The notes beneath the pieces are model-generated. The model made no database searches. It worked only from the letters and a program-made list of their open reading frames with translations, and was not told the DNA's origin. Of a stretch of 64,000 nt of DNA, positions 36,481-50,559 are shown in pieces; the stretch's first letter is position 1, and each line of letters starts with the position of its first letter. This DNA is from Octopus sinensis (lineage: Eukaryota): contig NC_043016.1 in NCBI RefSeq assembly GCF_006345805.1, positions 27,218,001 through 27,282,000 of the forward strand, in the 5' to 3' direction. A program made the position numbers and the translations under genes.

Positions 36481-37959
36481 CAACCGATTAGCTTTCTCTT
36501 TCCATTTCGATAGATCCACTAACAGTTGACAAGACATGTGCTCACGGAAATTACCGTTGTAATTTTTCACGTCAAAACGAAAGAATGCTGTGTTTTAATG
36601 GAAAAAATCGGTCCCAGGACTTATTCTTTTTAAAGCCTGGTATTTATTCTATCAGCCTCTTTTGCCAAACCACTAAGTTATGGGGGACATAAACACACCG
36701 ACACCAGTTGTCAAGCAGTGGAATGGTGGGACAAAGACATACACACACATGTATATATATATATATATACGACGGGCTTTTCGTTTCCACCTACCAAATG
36801 CACTCACATGGCTTTGGTTGGTCTGAGGCCATAGTAGGAGACACTTGCCCAAGGTGCCACACATTGGGACTGAACCCAGAACTATGCGGTTGGGAAGCAA
36901 ACTTTATACCACATTGCCTTGTCAATACTCATCCCAACACAGTATTTTAGTAGTAATTTTTATAGTCTAGGTTGTTAACTGCTTTGTAGAACAAGCCGAA
37001 AATCTTTACAATGATTTTAAACGTTCTAAGTTACCTGATCTAACTTCTCTGCTGTCTCTTTAAAATCCTCCAACCATCATCAAATGTTTGAGGGCAAATT
37101 TAGCTCACTTCCTCCTGTCTGAAGTCTATATCTATGACTTCTTTTGACTCTCCCACTCTTTTGAGCACTCCTCAGATATGCATGCTCTTAACTTAGTTCT
37201 CAGAGCGATTCGTTGTGACACTGAATGATTCAACTCATTTTTACTCAAAGACAACATGTAGTCAGGAATTAGGAATTGAACTCGTGACCTTATGATTGTG
37301 AGCCAAATACTCTAATCACTAAGCCACGTGCCTTCTCTGCTGTCCTCTACAAATAAGAAAGCCTATGTATATGCCTGACTAACATATAAGATACTTGGAT
37401 AACTGTTGATTTGTATCTCACCACTTAACCATTGCTGTCTTAGTATCTAGTAAAGTGTCCCAACTACTACATCATCATGGCTAACCACCACACATCAACA
37501 TACTACACAGTGTCAGACCTTTTGACTCTTCAGGCTGGCTCACTCATTAGAACTTCACCAGTTCTACAGTGATGTATATATGTGCTATACCTTATGGCAC
37601 ATGTGTTTTGTTACTAACCTACTCAAAGCAGGTAAGCAAGGTGACTGAAACCATCCTCTTAGATATAGCCCTCACATAATCAAAAGTGCATAATCTTCAA
37701 AATTCTAAGGCCAGATGTCCTCGATGCTAACACCTGCCTGTTTCTAAGTGAAGTACTAATCTCCTATCACCACCATTTAAATATATATATATATATATGG
37801 GAAGTGGATGTAAGTGAAGTGGTACAGAGTATTTGGGTAGGTAAGTTTGTAAAAGGGGATAGAGTGGAAGGGGAATGCAATGAATGGTGAACACAGGTGG
37901 AGATTAAGATGTTACGAAAATGAATTGTTGGAAAGTTTTGTCAAGGACAGATTGTGTGC

Positions 37960-38830
37960 AGGAACATAGACATGTCTTTAGGGCCTAATTTTTACAAAGA
38001 TGAGTCTTTTCAAGTACAGCAAATTGCCAATCATCTCCATCTTTTGGTATCTCATCAGTGAAGCTCAACATCTAGACCCAAAGTTTTTTACACCACATTG
38101 TTCCTTGTTCTCCCTCTTTCATAGGTTCCATTCACTTTTAACAATTGGTACTTCTTTATGCAACTGTCCTCGTCCATATGCATAACCTAACCATATTGGT
38201 GCAGCTTTCTCTCTTCCACACTACATCTGATGTCTCTTATGCCCAATTTTTCTCGATTCATTTACACTTTGTTGTACACACACTGATGTGCACACCCAGT
38301 GGAGCATGCTAACTGGGTTTCTTTCAAGCTTTCACATCTCCTCTGCATGCACAGACCATGTTTCACTACTATTTAGCATTACTTGTCACTCTGAAACAGT
38401 GACTTTTTGTTACCAACAAAGACAGTAGCTCTCTGAACTTTCTTCATCCTATTCATATTCTAGCAACCATGCTTTCAGAACAACCTTATCCACTGCTAAC
38501 TAGATTATTTAGGTAAAGAAAATATCTGCTACCTCAAAAGACCCTTCTGGGCATTCAAGGAAATCTATTTCTTGTGTCTTCTTAGTATCCATTGTTCTTG
38601 TACATCTATCGCACAAAGTTCATGTTCTGTGTTAACTTTCATGTAATTCCATTGCACCTCTTATGTTTCTGCAGTTTGCATTTGGTACATTATGTGGCAT
38701 TTCTACATACACCATTTCTATACATTGAACACGGTCATTTTACTGATGAGATTAGAAGTTTGTCCACTTATCTGCTGGTCTTTTATTTTTTGGAATTTTT
38801 AGAAAATTTTCTACACACGGGAATTCATAT
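37960..38830 (-). mobile_element. Decayed RTE LINE 3' region (antisense); related pieces at 32050-32360 and 40160-40450
   Basis: Reverse complement matches the RTE copies at 24700-25500 (gggcataagagacatcagatgtagtg, acatggtctgtg) and 23920-24550. Confidence 0.75.
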
Positions 38831-39064
38831 GATTATAAAAAAAACAGTTTTTACATTTTTTTTTTTTGTTTCGGTCATTTGACTGTAGCCATGCTGGAGC
38901 ACCACCTTTAGTTGAGCAAATTGACCCCAGGACTTATTCTTTGTAAGCTTATTCTATTGATCTCTTTTGCTGAACTGCTAAGTTACGAGGACGTAAACAC
39001 ACCAGCATTGGTTGTCAAGTGATGTTGGAGGAACAAACACACACATACCTATCTATCTGCACGC

Positions 39065-39097
<33 letters not shown>

Positions 39098-39759
39098 GAT
39101 CAGACTGGAGCCTGGAGCAGCCCCTGGCTTCCCAGACCCCGGTCAAACTGTCCAACCCGTGCTAGCGCGGAAAACGGACGTTAAACGATGATGATGATGA
39201 TGATATACACGACAGGCTTCTCTTAGTTTCTGTCTACCAAATTCACTCACAGGCTTTGGTCAGCCTGAGGCTATAGTAGAAGACACTTGCCCAAGGTGCC
39301 ACGCAATGGGACTGAACCTGGAACTATGTGGATGGTAAGCAAGCTACTTATCACACAGCTACTCCTGCACTTTTTTTTTTTTTTTTTTATGAATTTAAAA
39401 TATAGACAGTCCGAATTTTTGGCTTAAATCCCAGCAATGTTAAATGTGTTTATGGGGAGAAAGATATTGAAAAAGATCAATATGTCAGGCTAACAAACAA
39501 GGACGGTAATAGGTAGACATGCGATGTGCTGAAAATAGCAGCTAAATACCCCTTAAATCACAAAAAAAAATTTTGTTTTTGATTTTTCATAGTCTTATGA
39601 ATTCCCATGTGTAGAACACAAGTTCACAAAAGTTTTCTGAAAATTCCACAAAAGATAAAGTTACAAGGGGTTACATGGCGTGCCTAAAGCAGAATTCTGC
39701 CTGAGATTTCTTTTCAAAGTCTACTACAGAGTCAGCTATTAGAACAAGTTCATCAACTT

Positions 39760-40158
39760 AAAGAGAGGACGCTCGACCTTTATTCTCTTGAAAAACGCCG
39801 CCGCCGTGGTGATCTCATTCTCGCCCACAACATCATAAGCGGAAAGTGTAACCTCTCGAAAGAGCTGTTCTTCACTCCTGCTCCAGAGCGTCGGCTGCGG
39901 GGTCATTCTGAAAAGCTCTACCTGTGACGATTTCATCTCAATCGAAGGAGAGGAGCTTTCTCCATCCGGGTTGCGGATCCGTGGAACAAGCTGCCAGACA
40001 AGATGGTGAAGATGCCGACAACCGCTTTGTTCAAAGCCTCCCTTGACCTCAAGTGGCCTGAACTCTTTACATGAACACCACCCTGTACTTAACTCCATGT
40101 CCCCCTACATGGCCTTGCTATTTGCTTTTGAGCCAAATTAACTAACTAACTAACTAAC
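39760..40158 (+). mobile_element. CR1-clade LINE 3' end with (CTAA)n tail
   Basis: LDLYSLEKRRRRGDLILAHNII...LRGHSEKL..RFHLNRR..FSIRV..WNKLP...FKASLD; one CGA>TGA stop; GC- and CpG-rich. Confidence 0.9.
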
Positions 40159-41667
40159 ATGGTCAACCAGTCTTAAACTCCTCTGTTATGGCTTGGAGGA
40201 CTGATGAATAAGAAGAGCCGAAAACCGATCTCTTTTGAACTAGCTGCCCATTGAATTCATTACTATCCTCATTGCTCTTGTAGCAGCTGATTGTAATGCT
40301 GCTCCACTAGATATTGGCTATGATACCTTCCGGTACAACAGGATTAACTACCCGGTGACTAGGCTGTGTGTCACACCACCAGATATTTTGAGAATCTTTG
40401 CAGGAATTCCTGATGGACCAAAGGCCTTGACACTATGATTGTCACTTGCCTTGTCTATTATACTGCTCTCAACAAGGATAGCTAATTCCTTTGTTTAGTC
40501 TGTGCTAGAAAAGTTCTCTTTATCCAATGCATTCTTTAACTTGTTTCAGTCATTAAACTGGGGCACCACCTTAGAGAATTTTAGTTGAATGAATTGACCT
40601 CAGTGCTTCTGTTTTAAGCCTGGTACTTATTCTATTAGTTATTTTTGCCAAACTGCTACGTTACAGGGATGTAAACACACCAACACTGGTTATCAAGCAG
40701 TTGTAAGGGACAAACACAGGCACACACATATATATTTACCTACAGTTTCTGTCTACCAAATCCACTCTCAAGGCTTTGGTTGGCCTGAACCTATAATAGA
40801 AGACACTTGCCCGAAGTGCCACATTGTGGGACTGAACCCAGAACCATGTGGTTGGGAAGCAAGCTTCTTACCACACAGCCACTCCTACACCTAAAGTGTG
40901 AGATTCTTACTGCCCCTAGGTTTTCCAAGTGATCACTCATCTAAGTACTAACTAGGCTTGACGTTGCTTAACTTTGGTGATCAGACGAGAACCGGTGCAT
41001 TCAACAAACAACATTAGTTTAATGAGCCTATCGTTTACAAAGATTATGCAAGATTTTTTTCTTTTAAACGTTTGTGTGCTACTCACACAAACTTCTTGGC
41101 CTGCATCTAATAGCAGTCTCTTGATGTAATTGTTCAGCAATACACTTTAGCCAGTCGCGTAAAGATTCACTGTCTTTTCATTCTGCCTTTTCTATTATTA
41201 CTATAATTTCTGTCCCTCAGGGCCATGTGACCTTCACCCAAATTTCTCTTGTCATCCATACTTTCTACTTCCTCAGGTCCTGCACCACCTTGGGAATTCC
41301 CATCCCATCTTAGTTTTTTCCTGCAATAACCATATCAGTCTTGAGTGCAATTTGGACTGTCGTAGGCACAATCAACCCCCACCTCCTTTGATTAAACCAC
41401 TTAAAATTAAAAATTTAAAAAATTGGTTAAGCTTGAAAGGGGATACTTATTTTTAATAGACAGTGATAAGTATGATAACATTTTCTGTATGAAATTTATT
41501 TTATTTCCTAATGTGAATGGGTATACAAAATGTTGATATTGGCATAAATTATATGAGTAATTGTTTTAGAATTAGGCAAAGCATATTGTGTAGATGTATG
41601 CATCTCATGAAAAAATATGTATAGTTCATGTCTATCTGTCCTATCAATAGAGGTGTTGAATTTCAGA

Positions 41668-42115
41668 AGGGGTGTGTATTGTCACATCACCTTTTCATAA
41701 TTTTTATGAACTGGATTGACATGTGTGGCCATTGTGAAAGTGGTATCACAATCAGTTGGTGTAAGATTTGTAGGCAACATGGTGCTGCTTGTCTCTTCAG
41801 AAGGTGATTTCCACAATGTACTGAATGAACTTACTGCTGAGTGCTGCAAGGCAAGGATGAGAATTAATGTCACAAAGACTATGACGTTAATCCCCTCAAA
41901 GTCCCTCTATCAGCCTTTCAAGAAGAGAGGCTGATACAAAAAGGCCAAACTTGTTAACTTCAATTCCGTTTTCTATGCCTATCCTCACTTATAGTCATGA
42001 ATGAAAGTATGATTTTGAATACAAGCAGCTGAAAGGGTTTCATCTGAAGGATATCTGGATTAATGTTACAAGACAGGATACATAGCTCTGATATGAGGGA
42101 GATTTTTAGCTGAAT
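41668..42115 (+). mobile_element. Old RTE LINE RT fragment of a different family; a second RTE/BovB-like C-terminal remnant lies at 43020-43230 on the minus strand
   Basis: GCVLS..FIIFMNWID, LLVSSEGD..NVLNELTAEC..ARMRINVTKT, ILTYSHE, IQAAE; YKDQQKQAIKSTNINPKFWEQHREDKTAWHHIIK. Confidence 0.7.
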
Positions 42116-45003
42116 GAATCAACCCCATTACTTTTTTTAAAACCTGCTACTTATTCTGTCAGTCTCAGGAAGGATATCTGGCTTTTAAAAACTCAGTCCC
42201 AACTTACACTCAATTGACCCATGCAAGCATGGAAAAGTAGACATTAAAATAATGATGATGATAGGGTAGAGAGGGACTCTTTAGTCCTCTCTGCAGAGGC
42301 TTGTAATGGCATGATAAAATTTACACATTCCAACCCATACCAACATGAGGAAACCCATAAAATTGTGGCTGAAATCAGACAGGATAAACACTAGATATTT
42401 CCTAGGGCTAATGCTGGTCAGTTGCCCTGCTAGATAATGCAGTCAAATCTCCCGAAAATCACACCCTGCTAGTTAAAAAAAAAATGGGATGAGGGGAACA
42501 TTAAATAGATTGTATAAAAGATGGGGTGTTCATAGCAAGAATGCTTTTGTTTTTGGTTTCCTCAATCAAGGTTAATCTGGGGTTAAACAATAATATTTAG
42601 ATTAATGATATAATAAAGAAATTCTAATCTAATTTTTTAACTTAATCCTTGAGAATGGAGAACAAGCATATAAATGTTTTGATCAGTGGGGACCATTTGT
42701 AATTATTCCATAGAACACATATAATTTGTACTGTTCTATGTAAGATATTCTATTTGGCGGCGAGTATGTTATTTAATTAGAGTTATGCAAGCTCTACACC
42801 AAATAGAATATTGACTCTGTAAAATTAATTGAAATCTTTCAGTGTTCAGCTAATGTTTTAAATCCTTCATTTTTCTTTTTTAAATATATGTATGTGATAA
42901 CTCTTAAGAAGTAGTTGGAAGCTTAAAATCAAATTTCGGACCTTGAGTCAGTTTACTCAATTTCATACTATTTGAATATTGCAGCTAAATTTACTTTGTC
43001 TCCTTTTGTTTGCATATGACAAATTATGTTCAATGGAGGCTTTAGTTGGTGTTACCGAATACTTCGTTGCAATTATTTACCTCCTTCTTTCATGTTTTCA
43101 AAAATATTCTATGCCAATCTTGATGATGTGATGCCATGCTGTTTTGTCTTCTCTGTGTTGCTCCCAGAATTTAGGATTAATGTTTGTGCTCTTTATTGCC
43201 TGTTTTTGTTGGTCTTTATATAAAGCTGACATAGATAAATTGAGCACGTTTGTATTGAAGGTCAATTAAGAATGATAAAATATTCAAAGTATTTATTAAA
43301 CACACACACACACATGCTTCAGTGCAACAGTTAATTTATAAACATGCATTTTACTTACGATTAGCTTCTGATCTGCTTCATGTAAAATTGCTAATTTATT
43401 AATTGACATTTTAAGGTACATAAATTAAGTTATATTTTATAAATGACATGTCTCTTTCAACATTAAAATAATTATTTGAACTATTAACTTGTGTGAATTT
43501 TTTTCTTTTATGTAAAAAAAAAAAATCTATGAACAGTGGAACTATTTCAAGTTTGTTATGCTTTAATGTGATAATTGTTTGTAGCATTTTTATGCAAATT
43601 GGTTTTGTATATTTAATAAAAAAAAAATTTGAGTTATTGTGTATATATGTATTTTCATGTCTGTCGATGTATGTGTAAATATATTTATTATTATTATTGA
43701 AGTGAATGGCTGCAAGCTGGGAGAATTGTTAGCTTGTCAAAGAAAATGCCTATCAGCATTTCTTATAACTATTGATGTACTGAGCTCAAATTCTGCTGAG
43801 GTCAGTTTTACCTTTTATTCTTTCAGGGTCAGTATAACTAATTATCCTATCCCCCATAATTGCTGGCCTTGTGTCAAAATTTGAAACCATTATTATTGAA
43901 GTCGACTACTTTTCTTTCACTTCACATTTCACATGAGAAAAAAGCATTTGTAGATGGCATTGTAATGAAAGTTTTGTAAAATTGACCTTTTTTTCTAAGC
44001 TGTATTTGATTTTTACATTATCAGATATATTTACTGTTTTCATACTCTGTTTCCCTCACATCTGTTCGTGCTTCCCTTATCATGTGGATTAGCCTGGGAA
44101 CTCAATACAACTTATTTTATCTCTCTAAGCCTTATGTCTCTCCTTTTTTCTGTCCACACTCCTTCCTTAGTAGTGTCTACTCCATTACTCTCCCCAATAC
44201 CTCTCGCTGCTATTCTTTGGAATAGAAGAGTGGAGAGAGGGTGATGAATGCCTACTCAATATTTCAATGTGTAGTAATTGAATGATTGTCAACTTCAACA
44301 ATAAAGAACATTATTGTATTACTAGCTGGCCTCATGCCATCAAAAATGACAACTAATTGTAGTATTTTATATATAAATAAGGTACTTAATAATCAGATAC
44401 AAACATTCACATACTTCCCTTGTACATGCACATACATACACACATATACTCACACAGTTGAAATGCTGTTTGATTTTTCTTTCAGCATTGAATTTCACCA
44501 TTCCACTTCCATTGCACACACAAACATTCACATGACTCCCTTTTACATACACACACACTGGAGACTGTTTTAGCTGAAGAATGGACAAAAATTCCTCTGG
44601 AAACAATTCAAGCTTTGTATGAGTCCGTACCTTGTAGAATTCAAACTGAAATTACTGCCAAAGGCAGTCCTACCCCATATTAAAATAAATATCCTAAAAC
44701 CAAGGTGCTCTGTAAAAGGCATTAGTGTGGGTGCTGGTGCCATGCCAAAAGCACTGGTGACAGCGCCTAGTACACTGTAAATTGATGGGTATCCAGCTGT
44801 AGAAATTATGCCAGAGCAGATTATGGAACTGGGTACTGCCCTTGGCCTTGCCAGTTCCTGTCAAACCATCCAATCCATACCAGCATGGTAAACAGATGTT
44901 AAATGTTGATACTAACTTGCATGAGATCGCTCTTGATTCTATAAGTCTACTACACTCGGTCTCCCATCCGTAATTAAATGTGAGGCAATTTTGTTTTATA
45001 CAG

Positions 45004-45566
45004 TTAACACCTTGTTTTCATGAGCTAACCATTGAAAATGTCCTCTCAAAATATAATTTTAATTCTATCTCTCATGTAATTTCGTTAAGTTAATTACTTG
45101 TTTCTCCTCCTGTTTAATCTCATTCTTACTACCATATTTTCGTCCGTCTATCCCCAAACAAAACTTTGCTCGTTTCCCAGTCCATTCAATCTAATTCTTG
45201 TCACCATTATTTTCGTCCCTCTGTCCCCAAACTAAACTCGCTTCCAGTTGCAGATTATCTGTTTAAACACTCCCGTCTCATGTGGTCTCATTCCATTCCT
45301 TCGCCAAACGATGTTGGGAAACTAAGCTAAGATTCTTTCTCATTTTTTCTGTTCTTTTACTCATTCGCCATTAACACTTAAATGTATTATTTATTAACAG
45401 CTTGTTTTCATGAACTAACCATTGAAAATGTCCCCTCAAAATATAATTTTAATTCTATTTCTCATGTAATTTCCATAGGTTAATTACTTGTTTCTCCTGT
45501 TTAATCTCATTCTTATTACCATATTTTCATCCTTCTGTCCCCAAACAAAACTTTGCTGTTTCGCAG
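45004..45566 (+). repeat. ~170-bp direct repeat (45004-45178 and 45393-45566)
   Basis: ttaaca.cttgttttcatga.ctaaccattgaaaatgtcc...ccccaaacaaaactttgct occurs twice. Confidence 0.85.
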
Positions 45567-48500
45567 TGCGCCCGCCCTTTCCCACCCCCACTGCCAATTC
45601 CAGATATCTCTATCTTCCCACCATCTACACCAGATATACCACCACCATTACCTGTGTCTATTCTCCCACCCTCCTCCTCACTGGGCTGTTCTCCATATAT
45701 TATCTTCACCTCTCTCTCCTAGGACAAATGCAACCTGCCCAGCTGCTCATCCACCCACCCACTTCACAGACTATCTTATGTTTCATTCTGTCTAGAAATT
45801 TGTCACCACCCCTTCCAGTTATCTCTTCTCCCAATTCCCCCCCTCTTCACTGGTGCCGTTCCCTATATTACCTGCACTCTATCTCTCTACTGGGACAAAT
45901 GCAAGCAGGTTATCTGCCCACCTACTTAACTGGCTGTCTTTCATCCCATTTTCATTCTGTATAGAAACATGCCAACAACTACTCAGGAATTTCCTTGGCC
46001 TTATGAAGTGATGGAGAAAGCTATTTGGCTGTCCATGTTTGCTTGTTCCTGTGTGTGGTTGCGCTTGTGTATATATAGGAATGAGCTTGTTTCCTCTCTC
46101 TCTGTCTGAACCCTTCCCCGCTGGTGGTAACCTGCAATCCCCCTCTACCTGGACAAATGCAACCAGTTTCAGCTGACTCCCTCTTAACCTAACATATTTT
46201 TGCTTCACCGCTTGAATCTACATCATTCGATGACCATAATGCTTATGCTTACAACTCTGCTAACAACGTCTCCTACCTCCAGTAGGAGCAGCAATATTAA
46301 CATGCCTGAATGCTTGAGTGTTGTCAGGTCGGAAGAGAAAACTGATGAAGCATGCCTAAAAAACAAACACCACAACAACACTCTTCTTTTCAGGCGCTGA
46401 ATAACATCCATCCTCCTCAAACCTTACTCCACATTCCCCTCCCAGTTTTCAGTGTTGGCACACTGAAATGCAGGTCTAGTGAGATTGTAGAGATGCTTGA
46501 AAGGAGATGGTTTGATGTATGCTGCATACAAGAGGTAAGATGGAGAGGAGTATCAGCTAGGGTCCTCACAGGCAAGGCACATAGGTATAAAGTCTTCTGG
46601 CAAGGTAACATGGATGGTGTAGGGGGATGTGGGCATACTCCTTGCAGAGAAATGGGTGGATAAGGTCATAGAGGTTGTTAGGGTATGCAATAAAGTGTTT
46701 AAGATCAGGCTAATCCTGCAGAACAGCACAGCTACAATTATCTCCACTTACGCCCCACATGCGGGGCTATGAAATGTTCAGATGGACCACTTTTATGATA
46801 CCCTTCTACAGGCTACCTCAAAGATGAGTGGCAATGGCCTCATCTTTGTGGCTGGAAACTTTAATGGGCATGTTGGGCAGGAATCTGGTATCTTCACTGG
46901 GTTACACGGTGGCACCCGAAACGATGCGGGAACCAGGCCACTGGAGTTCTGTGATGCATGTAACCTTTTAATCTGCAACACTAACTTCAGGAAGCCAGAG
47001 AGCCACCGCATAACCTATCAATCAAGGGACTCTGCCAGATTGATTTTATCCTCACCAGACAGCGGGATGCAGGGTTGCTCTTAAATACAAAGACCTTTCT
47101 GGGTGAAGACTACCTCCCAGCATAGGCTAGTCATTAGTGACTTTAGGCTCGAGGCCAGAAGGATACCAATCCAGAAAAGAAGAATTTGGAAGCTAAAGAA
47201 CCCTTCACATGGTCAGAAATTTAGGAACATCCTCATCAAGAAATTTGAGGAGAGGGAGGAGGAGCTATAGACATTGGACATAGAAAGGTAGCTGGAAATT
47301 CCTATGAGACAGCTTTCTGAGTGCCATAGACCAAGACTTCGGATGGTGTAAAGTCCCTTCGAGACCTCGAGTTACGAGGTGGTGGAATAGTACGGTAGAC
47401 AAAGCCATTAGAGCAAAAAAACAGGCCTGGAAGGGTGGGGGTAGCAGTGAATTGTACCAGGTAGCCAAAAGGGAGGCTGGGCGGCAGATATAAATAACCA
47501 AGTATGAAGCGGAAAAGAAGTTTGTCAATGTCCAGCAATGTGAGGACTAAAGAACTGAAGTATTTCGGATTGCAAGACAGTGTGTAAGAGAAAATTGTGA
47601 TGTCACAGGAGAGAAATGTGTCCGCATGGATGATGGTGCACTTGCTTTTAATGATTCTGAAAAGAAAGAGACTTCTAGAAGCCATTAAGAAGATAGCTTT
47701 CATGTGCCGCAGATGCACAGGGGCAATAGACACCACAGATACTCAGAAAACAGATTCCATCACACTCCAGGGGGAGAAACTAGTAGTTGATAGCTCCCGC
47801 TACCTAGGTGACCAAGTTAGTAGTGGGGGGTGGGTGGATGCTCAGAGAGTATTACCACTAGAATAAGAATAGCCTGGGCCAAGTTTAGAAAACTTCTTCC
47901 CCTACTGGCAACAAAGGGTCTCTCGCTCAGAGTGAAAGGTAGATTGTATGACGCATGTGTGTGAACAGCCATGCTTCACGGCAGTGAAACATGGGCCGTG
48001 ACTGCTGAAGACATGCGTAGGCTGGATGTGTAATGTCAGTGTTCACGCACGACAGAGTGTAAGTGCCCTGAGAGAAATGTTGGACATAAGAAGCATCGGA
48101 TGTGGCATGCAGAAGAGACGTTAGCGTTGGTATGGTCATGTACTACGGATGGATGAGGAGAAATGTGTGAAGAAGTGCCACTCCCAAACAGTTGAAGGAA
48201 TCCGGAGTAGAGGTAGACCCAGGAAGACATGGGATGAGGTGGTCAAGCATGACCTTCGAAGGTTGGACCTCACAGAGGCAATCGTGAAAGGCCGAGACCT
48301 CTGGAGATATGCTGTGACTGTGAAGACCCAACAAACGAAGTGAGTTCATGGCTTGCAGGACGGTCTGCTGTGCTTACCTTGGATCGTAGGGCGACCTGCT
48401 GTGCTTGAGGAGACCTATTGAGTCAAGTACATCAACATCAAAATAAAAATCAAATGGAAATTGTAGTTGTGATACCCGTGCCGGTGGCACGTAAAAAGCA

Positions 48501-48724
48501 CCAACCGATCGTGGCCGTTGCCAACATCCCCTGACACCTGTGCCGGTGGCACGTAAAAGGCACTCACTACACTCATGGAGTGGTTACCGTTAGGAAGGGC
48601 ATCCAGCTGTAGAAACACTGTCGGATCAGACTGGAGCTTTGTGCAGCCTCCTGGCTTCCCAGCCCCCGGTCGGACCGTCCAGCCCATGCTAGCATGGAAA
48701 ACGGACGTTAAACGATGATGATGA
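45560..48724 (+). mobile_element. RTE-clade LINE with 5' UTR, AP endonuclease and 3' end; large internal RT deletion
   Basis: VGTLKCRSSEIVEMLERR..DVCCIQEVRWRG (APE), FVAGNFNGHVG, LLICNTNFRKP, then jumps to LQGEKLVVDS..YLGD, GSETW, RGRPRKTWDEVV; tail cggacgttaaacgatgatgatga. Confidence 0.9.
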
Positions 48725-49198
48725 AAATTTAAATAAAAAAAAGCGCGTCAATGGACAACAGTTTCACTGTAATTTACCTTGAAGTCTTTGACAGTGTCTT
48801 GAAACATTTTACACTATTTCTAACTACTCTCATATGAAATGAATTTCAACTAAATGTAAATGCATCAGATGTATTCTAACAGTAACAAAATGTTTCATTC
48901 TTGCATCGAAAATAGACATGGGAAACAACCAATACTACACTTCCTGTGTGATTTACTTCCCTTCATACACTTTCTTCCTTTGCCACAATTTGGTATCCAT
49001 CATTGTTCGTAATCACACAAAACCTCAAGCCACACTATTATGAAACTGTTGGTATCGGATGGTTGAAATCTATAAGTGTGTACTTGTTTTTTTTTTTTTA
49101 TTGGTGGTTTACTATGCTGGTTTGGGTTAGATGAATATTATCGAGGTATTGTTTTACAGTCAGCTGTCCTTCCTTACATTAAATCTTAAAACTCTTAC

Positions 49199-49327
49199 CT
49201 GTTTTTCAAGTAAGGGATCTACAGATCTTCCACACATCTTTAAAGACGCAAAGGCTATAGATAATTTGGTGACTGAAGAAATGACAACATTACCATTTGC
49301 AGCTCGTAGATTTTCAAGGAAGTACAT
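49199..49327 (-). other. Candidate first exon of an unidentified minus-strand transcript (ATG-initiated, 43 codons)
   Basis: MYFLENLRAANGNVVISSVTKLSIAFASLKMCGRSVDPLLEKQ ends at CAG|gtaaga next to a CpG-retaining patch (49380-49540). No homology recognised. Confidence 0.3.
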
Positions 49328-49963
49328 ATTGTAAACAACTACAGATACACAAACCAGCTTTCTTTTTTCGTCTAAAACTTCTCAAAAATCATTTGTCAGT
49401 CTGAGTTATTGTAGAAGACGCGTCCCCTGGTGGGTACTGAATACGCAACTACATCTTTAGGAAACGAAGTTGTCAGCCACAAGGTCATGCATACACCTCC
49501 CTCATTCGCAACTAACGCCGTCCAACCTATGTGGGAATGTAAAAGTAGTTGTTAAAACAATAATTATAGCCTTCAACTTACTCTCTCTCCATAAGTTATA
49601 TTCTTTTATTTGTTTCGGTCATTTGACTGCGGCCATGCTGGAGCACCGCCATTAGTCGAGCAAATCGACTTATTCTTTGTAAGCCTAGTACTTATTCTAT
49701 CGGTCTCTTTTGCCGAACCGCTAAGTTATGGCGACGTAAACACCAGCATCGGTTGTCAAGCGATGTTAGGGGGGGACAAACATACACACACACACATATA
49801 CGACAGGCTTCTTTCAATTTCCGTCTACCCAGTTCACTCACAAGGCTTTGGTTGGCCTGAGGCTATAGTAGAAGACACTTGCCCAAGGGCACGCAATGGG
49901 ACTGAACCCGGAACCATGTGGTTGGTAAGCAAGCGACTTACCACACAACCATTCCTGTGCCTG

Positions 49964-50379
<416 letters not shown>

Positions 50380-50559
50380 CATACTGAAACACTGCTTGTC
50401 TCCATCTTCTCTCTTGGTTTTTAATAATATTAATAATATATATATGTATGTGCCTATATTGTTAGGTATTCAACCAGTATAATCTTGGATATTTTTATCC
50501 CTCTGTGGTTTATATCCTCACCTATGCCTTGAGATATATAACAACATCTATAAGGCAAC

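Noticed and set aside
35876-36570. Long His/Thr- and Cys/Val-rich ORFs (141-217 aa)
   Set aside because: Translations of a (CA)n-based minisatellite that is open in most frames.
40195-40235. Hammerhead-like CTGATGA...GAAAACCGATC
   Set aside because: It is the antisense of RTE coding sequence (matches 24468-24545, QGSVLSPLLFIIVLQ) and has no stem II.
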